Shown here: positions 42,073-56,452 of the stretch, piece after piece | Layout: every line of letters begins with the position of its first letter | Numbering within the stretch: position 1 is the first letter of the stretch | Origin: the human T2T-CHM13v2.0 reference genome, Homo sapiens | Assembly: GCF_009914755.1 (NCBI RefSeq) | Contig: NC_060936.1 | Length of the DNA: 64,000 bases | Strand: one strand, 5' to 3' | The notes under the pieces: generated by a model | Seen by the model: the letters and a program-made list of their open reading frames with translations, nothing else | Database searches by the model: none | What the model was told of the DNA's origin: nothing | Position numbers and translations under genes: made by a program

Positions 42073-42999
42073 TCAAAAAATATTTTACTGTCCTGGATGA
42101 ACAGAAAGAAATCAGTGACTAGTTGAAGACAACTCACCTCTTCCTTCTGTTCTCTGTCACTAAGTAGTCTTAAAGGTAAAACTGGCTAATATTATAAAGA
42201 AATCTACTGAGACCTTAATTAAGGTTTTCGAAATTTGGACTTGATAGTCAAGACAAAAAATTTCAAGGATAAAACCTGGAAAATAGAGGAGAGACCTAAA
42301 ACGTTTTTCATGTAAGACTTTCACCTAAGGATTTTCGAACTTCCTCTGAAATTACAGTAATCTTCCTGTAACTATAAATTCTCCTCATATGAAAATAAGT
42401 AGATATACATTTGTATATTTTTCATCACTGCAAGAATTCTTGATAAAATATATGCGAATCATGAATGACTACAAATTTTAAAGTAAAAAAATTGGTAGTT
42501 ACAGTGTAAGCCGTTTATTTAACATGCATTTATTAAGTGCCTACTCGGTGACATACACTCTGCTAGGCCTTTAGGGTGAGGGGCAGACACTAAAATCAGT
42601 ACATTAGCCAAAAGTAGCTTATAAAGAAAATAACCCTTGAAAATAGCTTTATTTACCCAGAAGGTACAATATGTATTTTGTAGTACCCAACCCTAAAGAG
42701 TAACTTTTCAGCACATGAATATTTAAGAAGAACTATACTGGACTGAAGGAAAAACAAATAAAACTATTCTGTATTTTATGGGGTATAGGTGGGGAATTCT
42801 AAAAAGTGCCTTTCTGCAGAATTTGCTGAATTGCTTGACGCAAATTTAGGGTAAGCAAGATCATGTTGTGTGAAGATTAAGCAAAATAGTGGGGAAGCTC
42901 TAAGAAGCCAGGTTCCGAACTTAACACAAAAATTAAATGTCCATATATCATAACTACAGGGTACAGCCAGAAGCAACATAAACCGGATCTCTGTCTTCA

Positions 43000-43170
43000 G
43001 AGCTGGACCAGACAATGGTGAAGTAAGAAAAGCACCAAGGTGCAAAATTTAAGCAGGCATTCACTCTTGAGGTAGCACACTGTCAACTCTTCTGTATTTT
43101 CAAGACACTGAGAATGCATTCCTTCTTAAATTTTGTCACCTAGGTACTAGCAATTTACACTAACTTTCCC
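43000..43170. mobile_element. MER91A-like palindromic hAT-Tip100 MITE
   Basis: ggtgcaaaatttaagcaggcattcactct ... gagaatgcattccttcttaaattttgtcacc inverted arms. Confidence 0.75.
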
Positions 43171-46097
43171 AAGAGACAGAATGGTTCTCCAGGTCTGTTA
43201 CCATCACAGGGTATGGTGACTATGGCATATTTGTTTTGTTACAGATAAACCTACAAAGATGTATACAGTTTTTCTTTATAATCCATCATTGAAATGTTTA
43301 ATGTAATATGAATTAACAAGAATTTCATTGAAACCAGAGAGTAAAAATATTTTAAAAGTTTTATCTAGATAATCCTCTATTTTAATATACTCCTATATGA
43401 TATGAAGAGTTTTATTGATTTTCTCTTTAATTGGTGTGCTGTTTACTGGTTTATTTTAGTGAACAGAAAAATAAGTATTTATATGCATATTTACCTAATA
43501 CTTATTTACTTAAATAAACGTTTATATAGGTTCACTTATAAATCTTACTCCCCATAAAGTCTTATTTGGCAAATTCTCTTTAGAGTTTTCAAGAATATAA
43601 TCTTAGAGTTGATGTCAACATATTTTTTCACAGATCTTGTAGTCTAGCAGCTACTATATGTACCATTGTCTCCCAGTAGATTGTAAACTACTGGGTTAAA
43701 TGAAATGACATAAGGTAACTGCCAAAAATGATAGTACTATTCTTTATTTTTTACCTCCAGCAGGGTTAGAGGTAGAGCCTTACTTATTTTAGCATTCCCT
43801 CCAAAAGATATGTCTATCATATAGTAGTCATTTAATCAACGTAGCAAAAACAAAAACGCAATGTTTACAGATGATACTTCATGTTCCTTGTAAGAAGAAC
43901 GTTTAAAAACTATTTCTGTAAAAATATACAAATAATTTTTTATTTCATCCTTTTCATAAAAGTATAGCTGTGAGCTACATATGTTCATATATTCTGCTGA
44001 TACAATAGCTGATTACCTTAGGACTAGTTTAGGTCTACAAAAGAACATTTCATTTTTATAGTACTGGCATTAAAATAGTATCATTTCTTAGTCAAATAAG
44101 TCACATTTAGATTTTCCTACAGATGTTAAGCATCTCAATGATTTTTAAAGTGTACTATTTTAGATTAGAATTTTTTTAACAATTCCGCTAATATATTAAA
44201 AATTTAATAAATTTATTTCTAACAAAAACACAATAAGAAATTCTCCACAGTAAACTGGAATAACATCCAGTGGCTACGGCTCTTGAATTTAAAGTTTTAC
44301 TGGCAGATTTGACCATGAGGATTCATGTTGCAGTATCTTAAAAGGGATAGGTTACATGACACCTAACATAGTTAGGATTTCACCTCTTCCTAGAACAGAG
44401 TAGCCCTTTGAATTTTCTGGAAAATGGGAGGAATCAGTGTAGGTGGCACTGAAAATAAGAGTAGTGCATTTTTAAAAACGGTAGATTCAAAATGGAATCT
44501 TTTACCATTGACTTTTTTTTTTTTGATGGATGGACTTGTATAAGATTTTTCAAAGAACACAGCTCATAAAAAATTCTGGCAACAGATGCTCTAGAGACTC
44601 ATTCTGTTTATCACAGAAAAGTTATATTACGACTTTAAATACATTTTCCCCTTTTCTGTACCTCAACTATGTTCCTCAAATTTTACCTTTTTAGACTACC
44701 TTTGGATTTCCTTTTAACAGAGTTGACAGAAGCTCCTTTAAGTCTTGCCTTGTGGCTAAATTGAGCATCAGATCGAGCCAAATGTGAGGGTGGTTTTTGT
44801 GATGTGGGATAAGCACGTATGTGAGTGTGTGAGAGTGTGTGCTCATGTGTATGTGCCTATTAACTGTTCAAATAATCCGGGAAAACAGAAAAAATGCTGA
44901 ATGGGAGTTTTGTGGGTAGGACTAGCCAGGCAACAGAGCCTTTGCTGTGTATCAGTTAGTGAATTTCCAAAGGTTGCTGCTATACAATGAAGCTACAGTT
45001 TACAGACAGCCACCCTCAGGAGAATGTGTGTTTGTGTGCACACATATGTATGTATATGAAATATAAAATTATTGTAACATCTCTATTGATTACCATTTTC
45101 TCTTCCTGGAAACAATCTTCAAAGAATGAACCTTTCTGGTATTTAAATTACTGAATAGTATTTAACTAATAAACAAAAAATATTCTGAAGTCTGGGCGAC
45201 AAGGTCAAGAAAACGGGTGTAATTTAAGAGTCTGAAACCTGCCTGATGTGCAGCTGTCATTCAGCCACATAAAGGGGAGTCTAGAAAACCTCTAACTGTT
45301 ACTTATTGATACCCAATCTTTTAAAAAATCCTTTTAACTACAACTCAGTTATGATGAACACTTTTAAATTATAATGAATCCATGGTGTTTAGGACTCTAA
45401 TTACACAGTGCCACTTCATTCAAAGTCCTTTTGCCTAAAATCTTGCCTGGCAGCTGAATTCTTTCTTACTTAATAGTAAACATTGCAATGTAACATTGAA
45501 CAAAGCCCTGCAGAATCCAATAAGATGGTGATGGTCAATGGAGAAAAGCAGGGAAAGTAAATGTATCATTATTCTAAAGACCTGTAAGTATCCCTGGAGG
45601 ATAAATTTCAGGAAAAGGGTAAAAGAGAAGTACATTTGAATGAGTAGTTTGAATTTCATAAGTTAACAGCAGTCAAAGGTCACATATTCATAGCTGAGTT
45701 GCATAGCTAATGCTTAAAAATCATATCAAGGAGTTTAATGACACTGAAAGCTGTAGAACAAGCAGGCACCAAATATAAGTATCACTGGTGGTGGAATTTT
45801 CATATTCTACTGGGCCTTACTAGGAACTAGGTAGGAGGAATTAAGTCTGGATTAAATTCTCAAACTGTGTTTAGCTTCTAAACTGTGTCTCCTAAATGAA
45901 GACCAATTGTTCCTAACTGCAAAATTATAGGGTTTTACAATTCTAATGCATGAAAAAAACTAACTGAAACTACCTAAACAGATCACCAATATAGTGATTT
46001 CCATTCTAATATAGTGTATTTACTCATTCTTATATAGTGGTGCGTATATATGTGTGTATATTTAAACATTTTTTCACATTGCAAAGCCTTAAGACAA

Positions 46098-46164
46098 AAT
46101 ATATTTATAAATTTATATATAAATATATATAAATATTTATATATATATTTATATATATATATAT
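46098..46164. repeat. AT-only low-complexity tract
   Basis: Directly visible. Confidence 0.9.
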
Positions 46165-46984
46165 ACTCAGCAGAGCTAAGTTTGATGCTCTGCTCCATGC
46201 TACTGCACAGTAGGTATTTTTATTTAAACATTTAAGGGGGAAATTAGTAACTATTTTTATATGTTGAAAATCAAAACACGAGTCCATCTCCAACGTAAAA
46301 TCTGAAAAAAACACAGCTTCAAAGAAGCCTTAATTAACACTAATACACTTTATCAATTCAAATCATATAACTAGAATGGATTCCTGACACCCTCCTCTTC
46401 TTTTGGTACCTTAACTAGTTGAACTCTTGAAAAATAAGAGTATCATTTATTTCAGACTAGGTATTGGTACAATCAGATTAACAGAGATACTTAAACCTGC
46501 AGGGTTTCTCTTTAATAATTTTTGGGCAGTGGTTCAAATACCTGCTTTAAATGTATGAGGATATACACAGATGTATCTTGGCCATATAATATGCTTTTAT
46601 TAACTCCACCAGGCTATGTGGGTCGGTTGAACAATTTCCTAAGTTATGAAGCAATGATGAGACCACTGAGTCACCCTCTACTTGAGTTTTTGGCTATAAA
46701 TAATCCTGAAAGACAGACTTCAAAGTGATAACTCTTCGGCATTTGCACCCCTCTCGCCCTTCCACAAAAAAGAAAAAAATCCATATCCTTAGAGTAGGTC
46801 CTAATGGATCCCAGGAAAAGAGCTCCAGGAGTGAGAGCAAATGCCACGTACCTATATGATTTTGGATTAAAAATTCTGGGATAATTCCTGAAGCCCCTAA
46901 AAGTTTGGGACTGTTCTAAAGAAGTCTGAAATTATAAGAAATATTTTATGCTGGGCTGTAAAGACATTTCATTTCTCTGCTGTG

Positions 46985-47530
46985 TTTGAAAGCTTCCAAT
47001 AGCTTTCACTTCTTTCCGTAAAAGATAAAGCTATGCGCTAGCCTTCGATACTGTACAATGTAGCCTCTCTTTACCTCTCTCAACTTACTACCTCCTAACC
47101 TCGCCTCAGGTTATTTCATTCTAGCTATACTGGCCTCCTTGCTGTGCTTCAAAACTGTCAGGTCCTTTGTTTTTTTGTTTTGTTTGGTTTTGTTTTTTGT
47201 TCTCTTAACTGGAATGATCGTCCCCCAAATATCTGCATGATTCATTCCCTCAACTCCTTCAAGTCTTTTGTTCAAATGTCATTTTCTCAGGATGGATTTT
47301 TACATTTATCTTTTCCTATCATTCTCATTCCCCATCTCCTGCTTTATTTTTCCTATATTGCTTATTGTTATATGGCAAACTATATATTTTACCTATTCAT
47401 TATATTTTTAATCTGATTACTCCCACTGGAGATACAAAAACATAGGCGTTTCTATCTTGTCCACTGCTGTATCTTCTGTACCTAGAACACTGACTTGGCA
47501 TTCAACAAACATTCACTGAATTGAATTGTA
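46985..47530 (+). mobile_element. L2a 3' region
   Basis: ctagctatactggcctccttgctgtgcttc...ccactgctgtatcttctgtacctagaacactgacttggca...actgaattgaat. Confidence 0.8.
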
Positions 47531-49335
47531 TCTAAGGACCTAATAATTTGTGCTGCCTGAAAAAAATACAAAATTCTTATTTTTCTCTTTCCTATGATTG
47601 CCATTTGAAACACTGCAAATTAAGGGCACATACTCTTTTAGTAGTTTTAGAGGCAGAGACTTACATGGCAAGTCTTAAGTTTGGGTATCCTTCATTCTTT
47701 GGTTAATCTCACTGCATATAACTTTATAGATGCATACAGAGTTACACATATATACTCATGCATATAGCAAATATAGGTTTACATTTACACACACATATAT
47801 AATAGCAATATCCCATTTTTATTCCTAAAATGGCAAAAGAACCAAAAAAAAAAAAAAACCAGTTCTCTCTTACAACACACACACACACACATTTAAGTTT
47901 AAATTTAAAGCTGTGACCAGTCATTCTTGTCACTCAATGGTCTATAACTATTTCTACTCTCAGGACATAACAAAACATAAAACTGTATTTTAAAAAAACT
48001 TGATAAATTTGAGATTACTAAAGTAATATAGAACTCTGTTAAAGCAAGTAAATTATTGAGACTCATATTAGAAACATACTAAAATTATTTGTAAAGAAAA
48101 TTTGATCTGTAAAAAGCAAATATACATGTACATTTTCATAACAACCCTATTGTATACAATGAGGTATGATGGTACTGTTTAGCCAAAATAGAAACATCAA
48201 CATTATTAATTTAAAAACCAAGATTGGTTCATGAAAATTGTCATCGTACTATAATTGGAAGACTTCTTCCCTCCTGCTCAACATAGTAATATTTACAAAA
48301 GGTCCTATCTCTTTAAGAGCTTTTTGGGGGTTCCACTCTCCTCTTCCCCACACACAGAAAATAAGGGAGTATTTTGGTGATATCAGCCATTTTATATTGT
48401 TTTCTTCCAGTAGATAAAGGTTTAAAGAACAAAGGTTAAGAATGTATAAGCATTCTAACTTATTCTTGTTCATGGATTTGGTAGTGCTGATACTAACAAT
48501 GATGCTGTAATAACAGGGTAATAACAAAATCTGTTTGAACATTAGAGTCAGCACCTTCCTTCTAATGCCCATTAATTCATATGATGTGATGTGAATTATC
48601 TTAAAATGATAATGAGTTTCTGAAGTAAACACTATATCCTTTCTCCCTAACAATGTAGCCAAATCATTCTAAGATGCTTGATGTGTTTCGGGACAAAAAT
48701 ATTGTAGGCACACCCTACCCATAGTGACTATAAAATGGGTAAACAGTGAAACCCTCAGCAGTTTCAGCTAGGGTTAAAGTATGATAAAGCAACCAATATC
48801 CGAAGTGAAAACATTCTACATAGGGAGGATTTCTCCAAGAGAAATTTATACTAGAAAAATTCATGTTAATGTCCATACTAAAATGCTTATTTCACAATAA
48901 GTTTGGTCCTCCTCAACTAATACTTTTTTGCCTCCATAAAGTACACAATAAAGAAAATATTTTCAGTATTATTAATACTAACAAAATTTATCCAAAATAA
49001 AATTACAGACAGTGTCCTAGAGGCAAGATTAAGCATACCATATTACAGACCTATGCTCTTTTCTGCTTGAAACAACTATATGAAATTTTAACAACTTATT
49101 TATTTTATCTGTGAAGATTTAGAGTTAGACATAATGCATTTCACAACAGGTAATAACCTAGATTAATTTTCAATAATGTAAGTTCAATGCCAATCTTCCA
49201 AAGATATTGAGCTAAATGTAAATGTTTAAATAAAATATGTCATTGGCTCAAATAACAGTGTACTTGAAAGACAGCCGGAATATTCTTAGAGTGATATCTA
49301 AAATGTCATTGAGTGCTCATGGTTGAGATGCTAGT

Positions 49336-49496
49336 CCAGGAGTCAGTCAAACACAGCCCATGGGCCAAATTCTACCAGCTATGAAAACAGTTTCAACATT
49401 TTTAAATGGTTGAAAAAAAGAAGAATATTTTACAATATGTGAAAACGATATAAAATTTACATTTGTGTCTATAAGTAAAGTTTTGTTGGAACACAC
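49336..49496 (-). mobile_element. MER58B-like hAT-Charlie MITE, partial
   Basis: cagcccatgggccaaat...atttttaaatggttgaaaaaaagaagaatatttt...taaagttttgttggaacac. Confidence 0.75.
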
Positions 49497-51247
49497 ACAA
49501 AAATAAATTAACAAAATGTCAATGAGAATAATGGAGGGTATAGTGATACTTTCTTAATTCTGATAGGAAACCCTGATAAGGTTTGCACAAAATTATGTTA
49601 ACCCAATACCCAAACACACTAACTCCATACATATTTGCTAGCATATGAATGAAACACTGTCAGATAGATGAACCAAAGGAATGAACACAGTGTGCAAAGG
49701 ATGCTTAAAACGTACATGATGATGACTAGTGAGAGACGGTAATATTTCAAAATTGGGACATAAATGATACAACGTTTAGGTATCACTCTTTAAAATTTAA
49801 AAAAAAAACAACTTTGGTATAGAAATGGGCTAAGCAGCTACACCACTAAACTGTTAATATAGATGAGGAACAGAAAATTTTATTCTATTTCCATTTACAC
49901 CTGTCATATTAAATGCTCCTCTAAAGTACTACATTTGGGGGAAAAGAGCCTTGCAGCTGCTCACATGGAAAACTATGTTTACAATAGTAACAGGTCCGAA
50001 AGAAGGTATATCATGAAATAAACCATTATTCTCATTAGAAATTCCATTAACAACACCATATATATAGCCTTTACCTGTTTGCTTATCTGTCAAATTGAGA
50101 CAATCCTACCTTATAGGATTGCAATAGGAAATTAGATAATGAAAAGCATTTGGTCACCTGGAGAACTTGTTAAAACACAAACATACTGAAAACCACTCCC
50201 TGTTATTTTGAAACAACCAGTAGTAGCGCACTGGGCCAAACCTTGAGAGATGCTTCTCAAGGAAAACACTATACTGTTGCAGCCCATTCCTCTTCGGATG
50301 TATTTTCACAAAACGCAGATGAGAAGCCATACTACGAATAGGAAGTCTTGTTACTTGTCTGTCCCTTGGCTCCTAAGGCAATTTTACATCACCCAGGCCT
50401 AGTGACAGCATTAACAGCAAAATCCAGTGCATAGGACTTATTTGCCAAGATAAAACTGGAGACCTGTTTTAATTATGAAACATTGGTCTATAAGAAGACA
50501 GGGTGAAGGAAAAAGGGGACCAATAGAAGAGAAAGAAAAGGAGCCAAAGAGAACATGAACAAGGAATAAGAAAACAGTGTGACAGTTATAAGGCCTTCCT
50601 TCAATCTTCCAAACCCATTTAAACCTGCAGTTTTTTAAAGGTGGCAATCAAAAGATGGTAATAACTGAACCACAGTGAACCCCTGGCTTACCCAGTAGAT
50701 TATCTATCATGCTAAAGACCAAGGAAGTGAGCCCAAATTTCCATCTAAATGATTTCCTTTCCTTTTACGTACATTTTGTGAGTAAAATTTTAAAAAGTAG
50801 CTTAATGTAGTCAAATATTAGGATATTAGATTTCCCACCTTTTATATATAAAAATTTTCTTTTTAGCAAAGCATGTATTATTGTTCCTAGGATTTTCTCC
50901 ACTTTTTAACATTATTAATACTAAAATCTATTTAATTTTTCAGTTAAGTACTATTACATAAATTAAATGTAATAGCGCTTGGATTTGGATTCGAACCCTA
51001 CGGTTGACTTCAGATGTAAATTTTATTCATGCTTTCAGTTACACTTTTATTGATAAGTTGTATAGTTAGGGGAAACAAACTAGAGATTTTAGCTACTTCA
51101 CCATCTTGACTACTACTGTTTCTTAACAGTCCTATAGAAAGAGGATTGACAACGTCAATTCAGAATTTACAGACGTCCTTCAGAATTTACATATCAACTA
51201 TTAAAATATGAAAGTCTTTTTCTGGGAAATGCATGCTACAATTATAG

Positions 51248-51621
<374 letters not shown>

Positions 51622-52229
51622 TTTTCTTAATTTTTAAATCACATGAGACCCAACTCAAAGTTTTATAAGACAGCAAGTCTATGGATATGCACAATGAGAC
51701 TTAAATTAAAAATACTAGCCATCCCATTCGTTGTAATTTTTTTTTTTAACCAATTTTGGAGTCTTATATCCCAAAATTTGACACATTTCTAAACACAGCT
51801 TGCTTATGGAAATCAGCATAGCTTGTCTGTGTGATTATCCTCAATACGGAATTGTGACACCCTCTAAAAAAATCTACCTTAACCTTTATATCTCCCCAGA
51901 TATGATAGATGATATCAGCTATAATTGTTTTGTAAAATATATTTCTACAATACATTTCAATACAATCCATATAAACATCCTCCATGGGTTTATATGTCAT
52001 ATTAGGTAAAAGTGGAAATACCCCATACGTAATTATCTTAACTCTGCAACTCACATAATTTACCATCTTATTGTGTCCCTTTATGTGTCCGTAGTCTTGC
52101 AGTCTGGCTTCTGATCCGATTAGTAACTGCCTACTTCTCAACCACACTACAGAATATTAAATTGTTAAGCATTGCTACTCCCGCCCCTCTTCCCCAACAT
52201 TCTCCAACATTCCTAAAACTACATTCAAT

Positions 52230-52800
52230 CTTAACTTTCCTGAAATTATTATTTCCTTGTTTTCCTTTTTCACTAGGTATTCTCTTGGACTCTTCCTCCG
52301 AATGTGCCAGAATTAGCTTCTCTACAAGATTCCATCATGCTTCTCTAAATTCTCTATCACAATCTCTCCCACTAAAGCACTTCAACTGTCATTAGTATGT
52401 GAATGGTTCACTGATTCCTATGTCCTTTCTTGACCTCTTTCAAGTTCTAATTTCTTATTAACTACTTATTTAAGCATCTCAGTATGGCCCACTGTTATCT
52501 CAAAATCACTATATCCAAAAGAGGACTCATTATCTGTCCCAACAAGAAATCAGCTCCTACTCTTTGCTCTCTTACAACAGTTAATGGCACCTTTCTTTCA
52601 CAAGTCATTTTGCATCTTTAACTTCTCTCTGTTTTTATCTTCACATACCATCTGTCACCAAGTCCCATTAATTTTTATCCTTCAATATTTCTGAAATTCT
52701 TGCTCTCTTCTCTATTTGTAAAGCCAAAAACCCCATTTAGCTCTTGATTTTTCCCTATTCTGATAGCCTACTAATGAATTGCCCTACCTTTGATCCATAA
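52230..52800 (+). mobile_element. L2 internal fragment
   Basis: Pyrimidine-rich, ctcaaaatcactatatccaaaa...cagttaatggcacc...atctgtcaccaagtcc. Confidence 0.6.
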
Positions 52801-52809
52801 CTCTTTTAT

Positions 52810-53140
52810 AAAATATTTAATACTAATCTGCTATCTACCAAATACTGTATTAGCCTAGGAACACAAAAATGAAATGACATAGTCCCTGCCCTCCAGAAAT
52901 TTATAGTCTAGTGAAGAAAGAAATTGTGAAATAGTGTGATTAAGTGCTGTGAGGTAGAAACAGTAAATCTTATGTAAGCACAAAAAAAATGAGCACAGAC
53001 ATATCATTTCTAACCAGGCTGACAACCATAAGAAAGTCCTTCCCAGAATGGGTTTTTTTTAGCTGAATTTGAAAAGACACATGAACCGCATTCCAGAAAG
53101 TGAGGGGTTAAGAGCTTTCATAAGGATGACACAGCATGAA
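52810..53140 (-). mobile_element. L2 3' fragment
   Basis: gacatagtccctgccctccagaaatttatagtctagtg...gtgtgattaagtgctgtga. Confidence 0.65.
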
Positions 53141-53699
53141 TAGAATCTCATCTGTGTGATTAACCGTAAAGTCCACAAAATCTCAGATGCAGATATCTGT
53201 TCAGGTAGTTACAGACATCTGTTCAGATACAGGACAACAAAAAGTTATAGGTTTTGTTTACATTTTATCCATTTAAAAATAATTAATAAGTATTCAACAA
53301 TTCCTCATCAATTCCCTTATTCAATGAACAAATATTAGGCAATGATCATATTTGGAAGTCAAGCTATCTAGTAAATAAACAAGCTTCTTAAGCCTCAATA
53401 CTCTCAAAATCTCATGGAAGAAATAAATATTACAAGGAATAGAGTAAAATACAAATTCTATAAAGTAACAGAAATATGGGTGGCTGCATCATATTAACGT
53501 GAGGTTAACTGATCACACTATAGTATCTCCAATCTGAAATTCCATTTAAATAGAAAAAAATCCATAGATCCATATCTATAACAGCATATCCACTGTGCTA
53601 CTGTTTGTTTGGTTATTGTTGTTAGTCAAAGGAAATTGCAGTAAGTGTGTGGCCAGGAAGAATAGGCAATGAGAAAAATGGATTGTGGAACAGAACTCT

Positions 53700-54152
53700 G
53701 ATCAGATCACACCACTGCTGGAAAATCATCAATAGCTTTTCAGGTCCTAACCCATAAAGTTTCAACTCTGTAGCCTGGCATTCAGGGCTTCTCAATCCTA
53801 ACCTCTCTCCATGTGGAATCTAATTTGGTTTCCTTTTCTCAATTTATTTGCCCTACATCCTCAATAATTATTTATTATCTCTGATGGTACCCGATGCATT
53901 TTAAACTCTATGCTCTTAGTTGAACTATTCATCCCAACTCAATCTCTCCAGATCCAGCCCTGGTGTCCTCCCCTGATGGAACTACTGACTGACCACCTTC
54001 GATGACTAATTTGAATACCGTTTTCTCCTTAAACTCCTCCTTCATCACTCCATCATGAAATAATCCACTTTGTTTCTGATTACGATATCTGTACCTTTCT
54101 TATGGAATTTATTATTTCCTGATATTTAACATTTTCTCTATTTACCTATCAT

Positions 54153-54192
<40 letters not shown>

Positions 54193-54335
54193 CTTTAAAA
54201 AAATCTTCAACATAAAAATGTAACTTTCTATGTGACAAGGTTGGCACCTTACTTGTTTTCTATGAGAGTGCTTTGCATGACTAGACGTTTTTTTAAAAAA
54301 ATCTGTGGAATGAAAGAAGGAATGAATGAACTCAT
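53700..54335 (+). mobile_element. L2 3' fragment interrupted by (TA)n
   Basis: cagatcacaccactgctggaaaatc...tagcctggcattcagggc...gaatgaatgaa tail. Confidence 0.55.
54158..54190. repeat. (TA)16 microsatellite
   Basis: Directly visible. Confidence 0.95.
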
Positions 54336-54399
54336 TCATTACATCATAATTCATTCATATTAACTGTGCTCATCACATGTTTTGAACTTGTGAGAAATA

Positions 54400-54690
54400 A
54401 TATAGTGTAATAGTTTAAAAGCTAGCTTTGTGCTGGATTATCTCTGAGATAAAATCCTGCTTTTACTAACCTTGTAAATGGGCAATTTATTTAGCCCATT
54501 TAGACATCAGTTTTTCTATCTATAGTGGTATATGTTGATGCATATGTGTGTGTGATATATATGAATAATAAATAAATAGGCATATATTGGTAAATAGAGT
54601 AGTTGCAAGGATTAAAAGTGCTAAAAGAGATAAAACATGTAAAGCGCAATGCCTGAAAAAAAAACATATGCTCAATAAATGTTATCTACT
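54400..54690 (+). mobile_element. MIR
   Basis: aaatcctgcttttact...gggcaattta...gcaaggattaaa...atgctcaataaatgtta. Confidence 0.65.
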
Positions 54691-54823
54691 GTTATCAAAA
54701 AGTAGCATCACTAAGGTTAGTACAACCTTTCAAAGTAACCAAAATTATTTTGTTCTGCTTCTTTTATTCCTATTCCCAACCATTAAAAGAAAAAAAGAAA
54801 ATGGTTTATGCATTTTATACAAC

Positions 54824-54958
54824 CCAAACACAATGTGTCAGAAATCTAGAGGACAGGAATCAGGATGGTCTATACAAATATATATGGCCAAACACAATAT
54901 GTTAGAAATCTAGAGGACAGGAATCAGGATGATCTATACAAATGTATACGGCCAAACA
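54824..54958. repeat. Tandem duplication, 64-bp unit, ~2.1 copies
   Basis: ccaaaca at 54824, 54888 and 54952. agaaatctagaggacaggaatcaggatg occurs twice. Confidence 0.95.
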
Positions 54959-56452
54959 GTAATTCAGAACAAAGTCAAACTTATCATCTAAGTGAAAGTT
55001 TTAGCAATCAGAAAATTTTCTATATACTGTTAACATTTCCTTCACATTTTACAAACTTCAGCTTTAATATTTGACTGAATAATTTGCTGTATGTGTAAAT
55101 TTTGGTATGTGCCCAATTAGACAAAGTATGCTGTGAAATGTATTTGTTCATTACTCTTCTAGGGGTAGTGCAGATATAGACAGAATACATACTTAGGTTA
55201 TATCAAATATTATTTCAATTTATAAAATTAGGAATATGCTAAGATTTAGATGATCAATTTTATGAGTAACTACATTTTTTTCTGACAAAACAAACATTTT
55301 AAAAGTGGCAATTCCTCTCAATTCTCTTTCTGCTTTAACTTACAATAATAGCCTTAGAGAGCTAAAGAAAAGTAAGGATCTTCCATTTCCCCTCTCAGTT
55401 TTGTTTTTAAATTTCCATTAGCCTTCTACAGTTCAATGAAAAAAATCAGCCTTCTACACTGAAACCTAACATTTCTCAACACCACTGCTAACAATGCCAT
55501 GAGAAAGCATTAGGACAAGAATATAAAGGACAACCCTGCCTAACAGAGGCAAGGTCAAGAAGCACGCATCAACACCTTCTCCTCCCCAATCTGGAGCACT
55601 GAAATGGGAGGACTAGCTTTGGCTACAACACTCTGCTCCTAACAGGTGGTAGAGACATGTTTAACTCTGGCATAAATACAAAGAGTACAACTTTACTCAA
55701 ACATTTCTTTTGATCTTTCTTTGGTTTATAGCATCAGATCAATGTAAAATGTAAACCAAAGACTGAGGTGCTATTTTACAATGTAAAATTTATCCTTTTT
55801 CCACTAAAAAAAAAAAAAAAAGAAAAAAAAAACTTTTCCTAAAACAAGAAAGCATAGCATCACAGAATAGTGGAGTGAAAAAAAAAAAAAAGACAGGGAT
55901 TTATTAAGTTGCAGTCGTTTTTGGCTTTATTTTTAAAACAATAATAGTGTTGGAGAATAGAGCCACAGTCCCAGTAAGAATAGAATACAAGGTACAATGA
56001 AACATCTATAAACCCTCTAAACTTTTCCAGTCACAAGGTACTATAATTTTCTTCATGCCTACAATAGGCAGGATCAGCATCTTTGGGCGATAAAATGACT
56101 TTCAGGGACAGGTGAGCATTTTCTGCTACAAGGAAGAAGAGTGTGTTTGTTTTTTGCAATCTTTTCACCTCCCTTTCAGCATGATTTCTAACCTTTTCTC
56201 CACTTTCAGATATCTACCCAGAGCCTTGTGGCCAGCTTTTGGATGGCCAAATTTCCCAGTTAAAAGTCCACTTAGTTGGAGTGCCCTATATCAATGTTTC
56301 CATGAAATCAAAAATTATGTATTCTTCTTTTACACACCAATATTTAATTTTATGTGACATCAATTTAAACTCATACCGTGATTAGATTAATTCATAGCAA
56401 TCTAGAAATGGTCAATTGGCCCATCTATCCATTTGTCTTTACATTTTTAGAG

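Noticed and set aside
51159-51191. 13-bp direct repeat ttcagaatttaca
   Set aside because: Minor local duplication.
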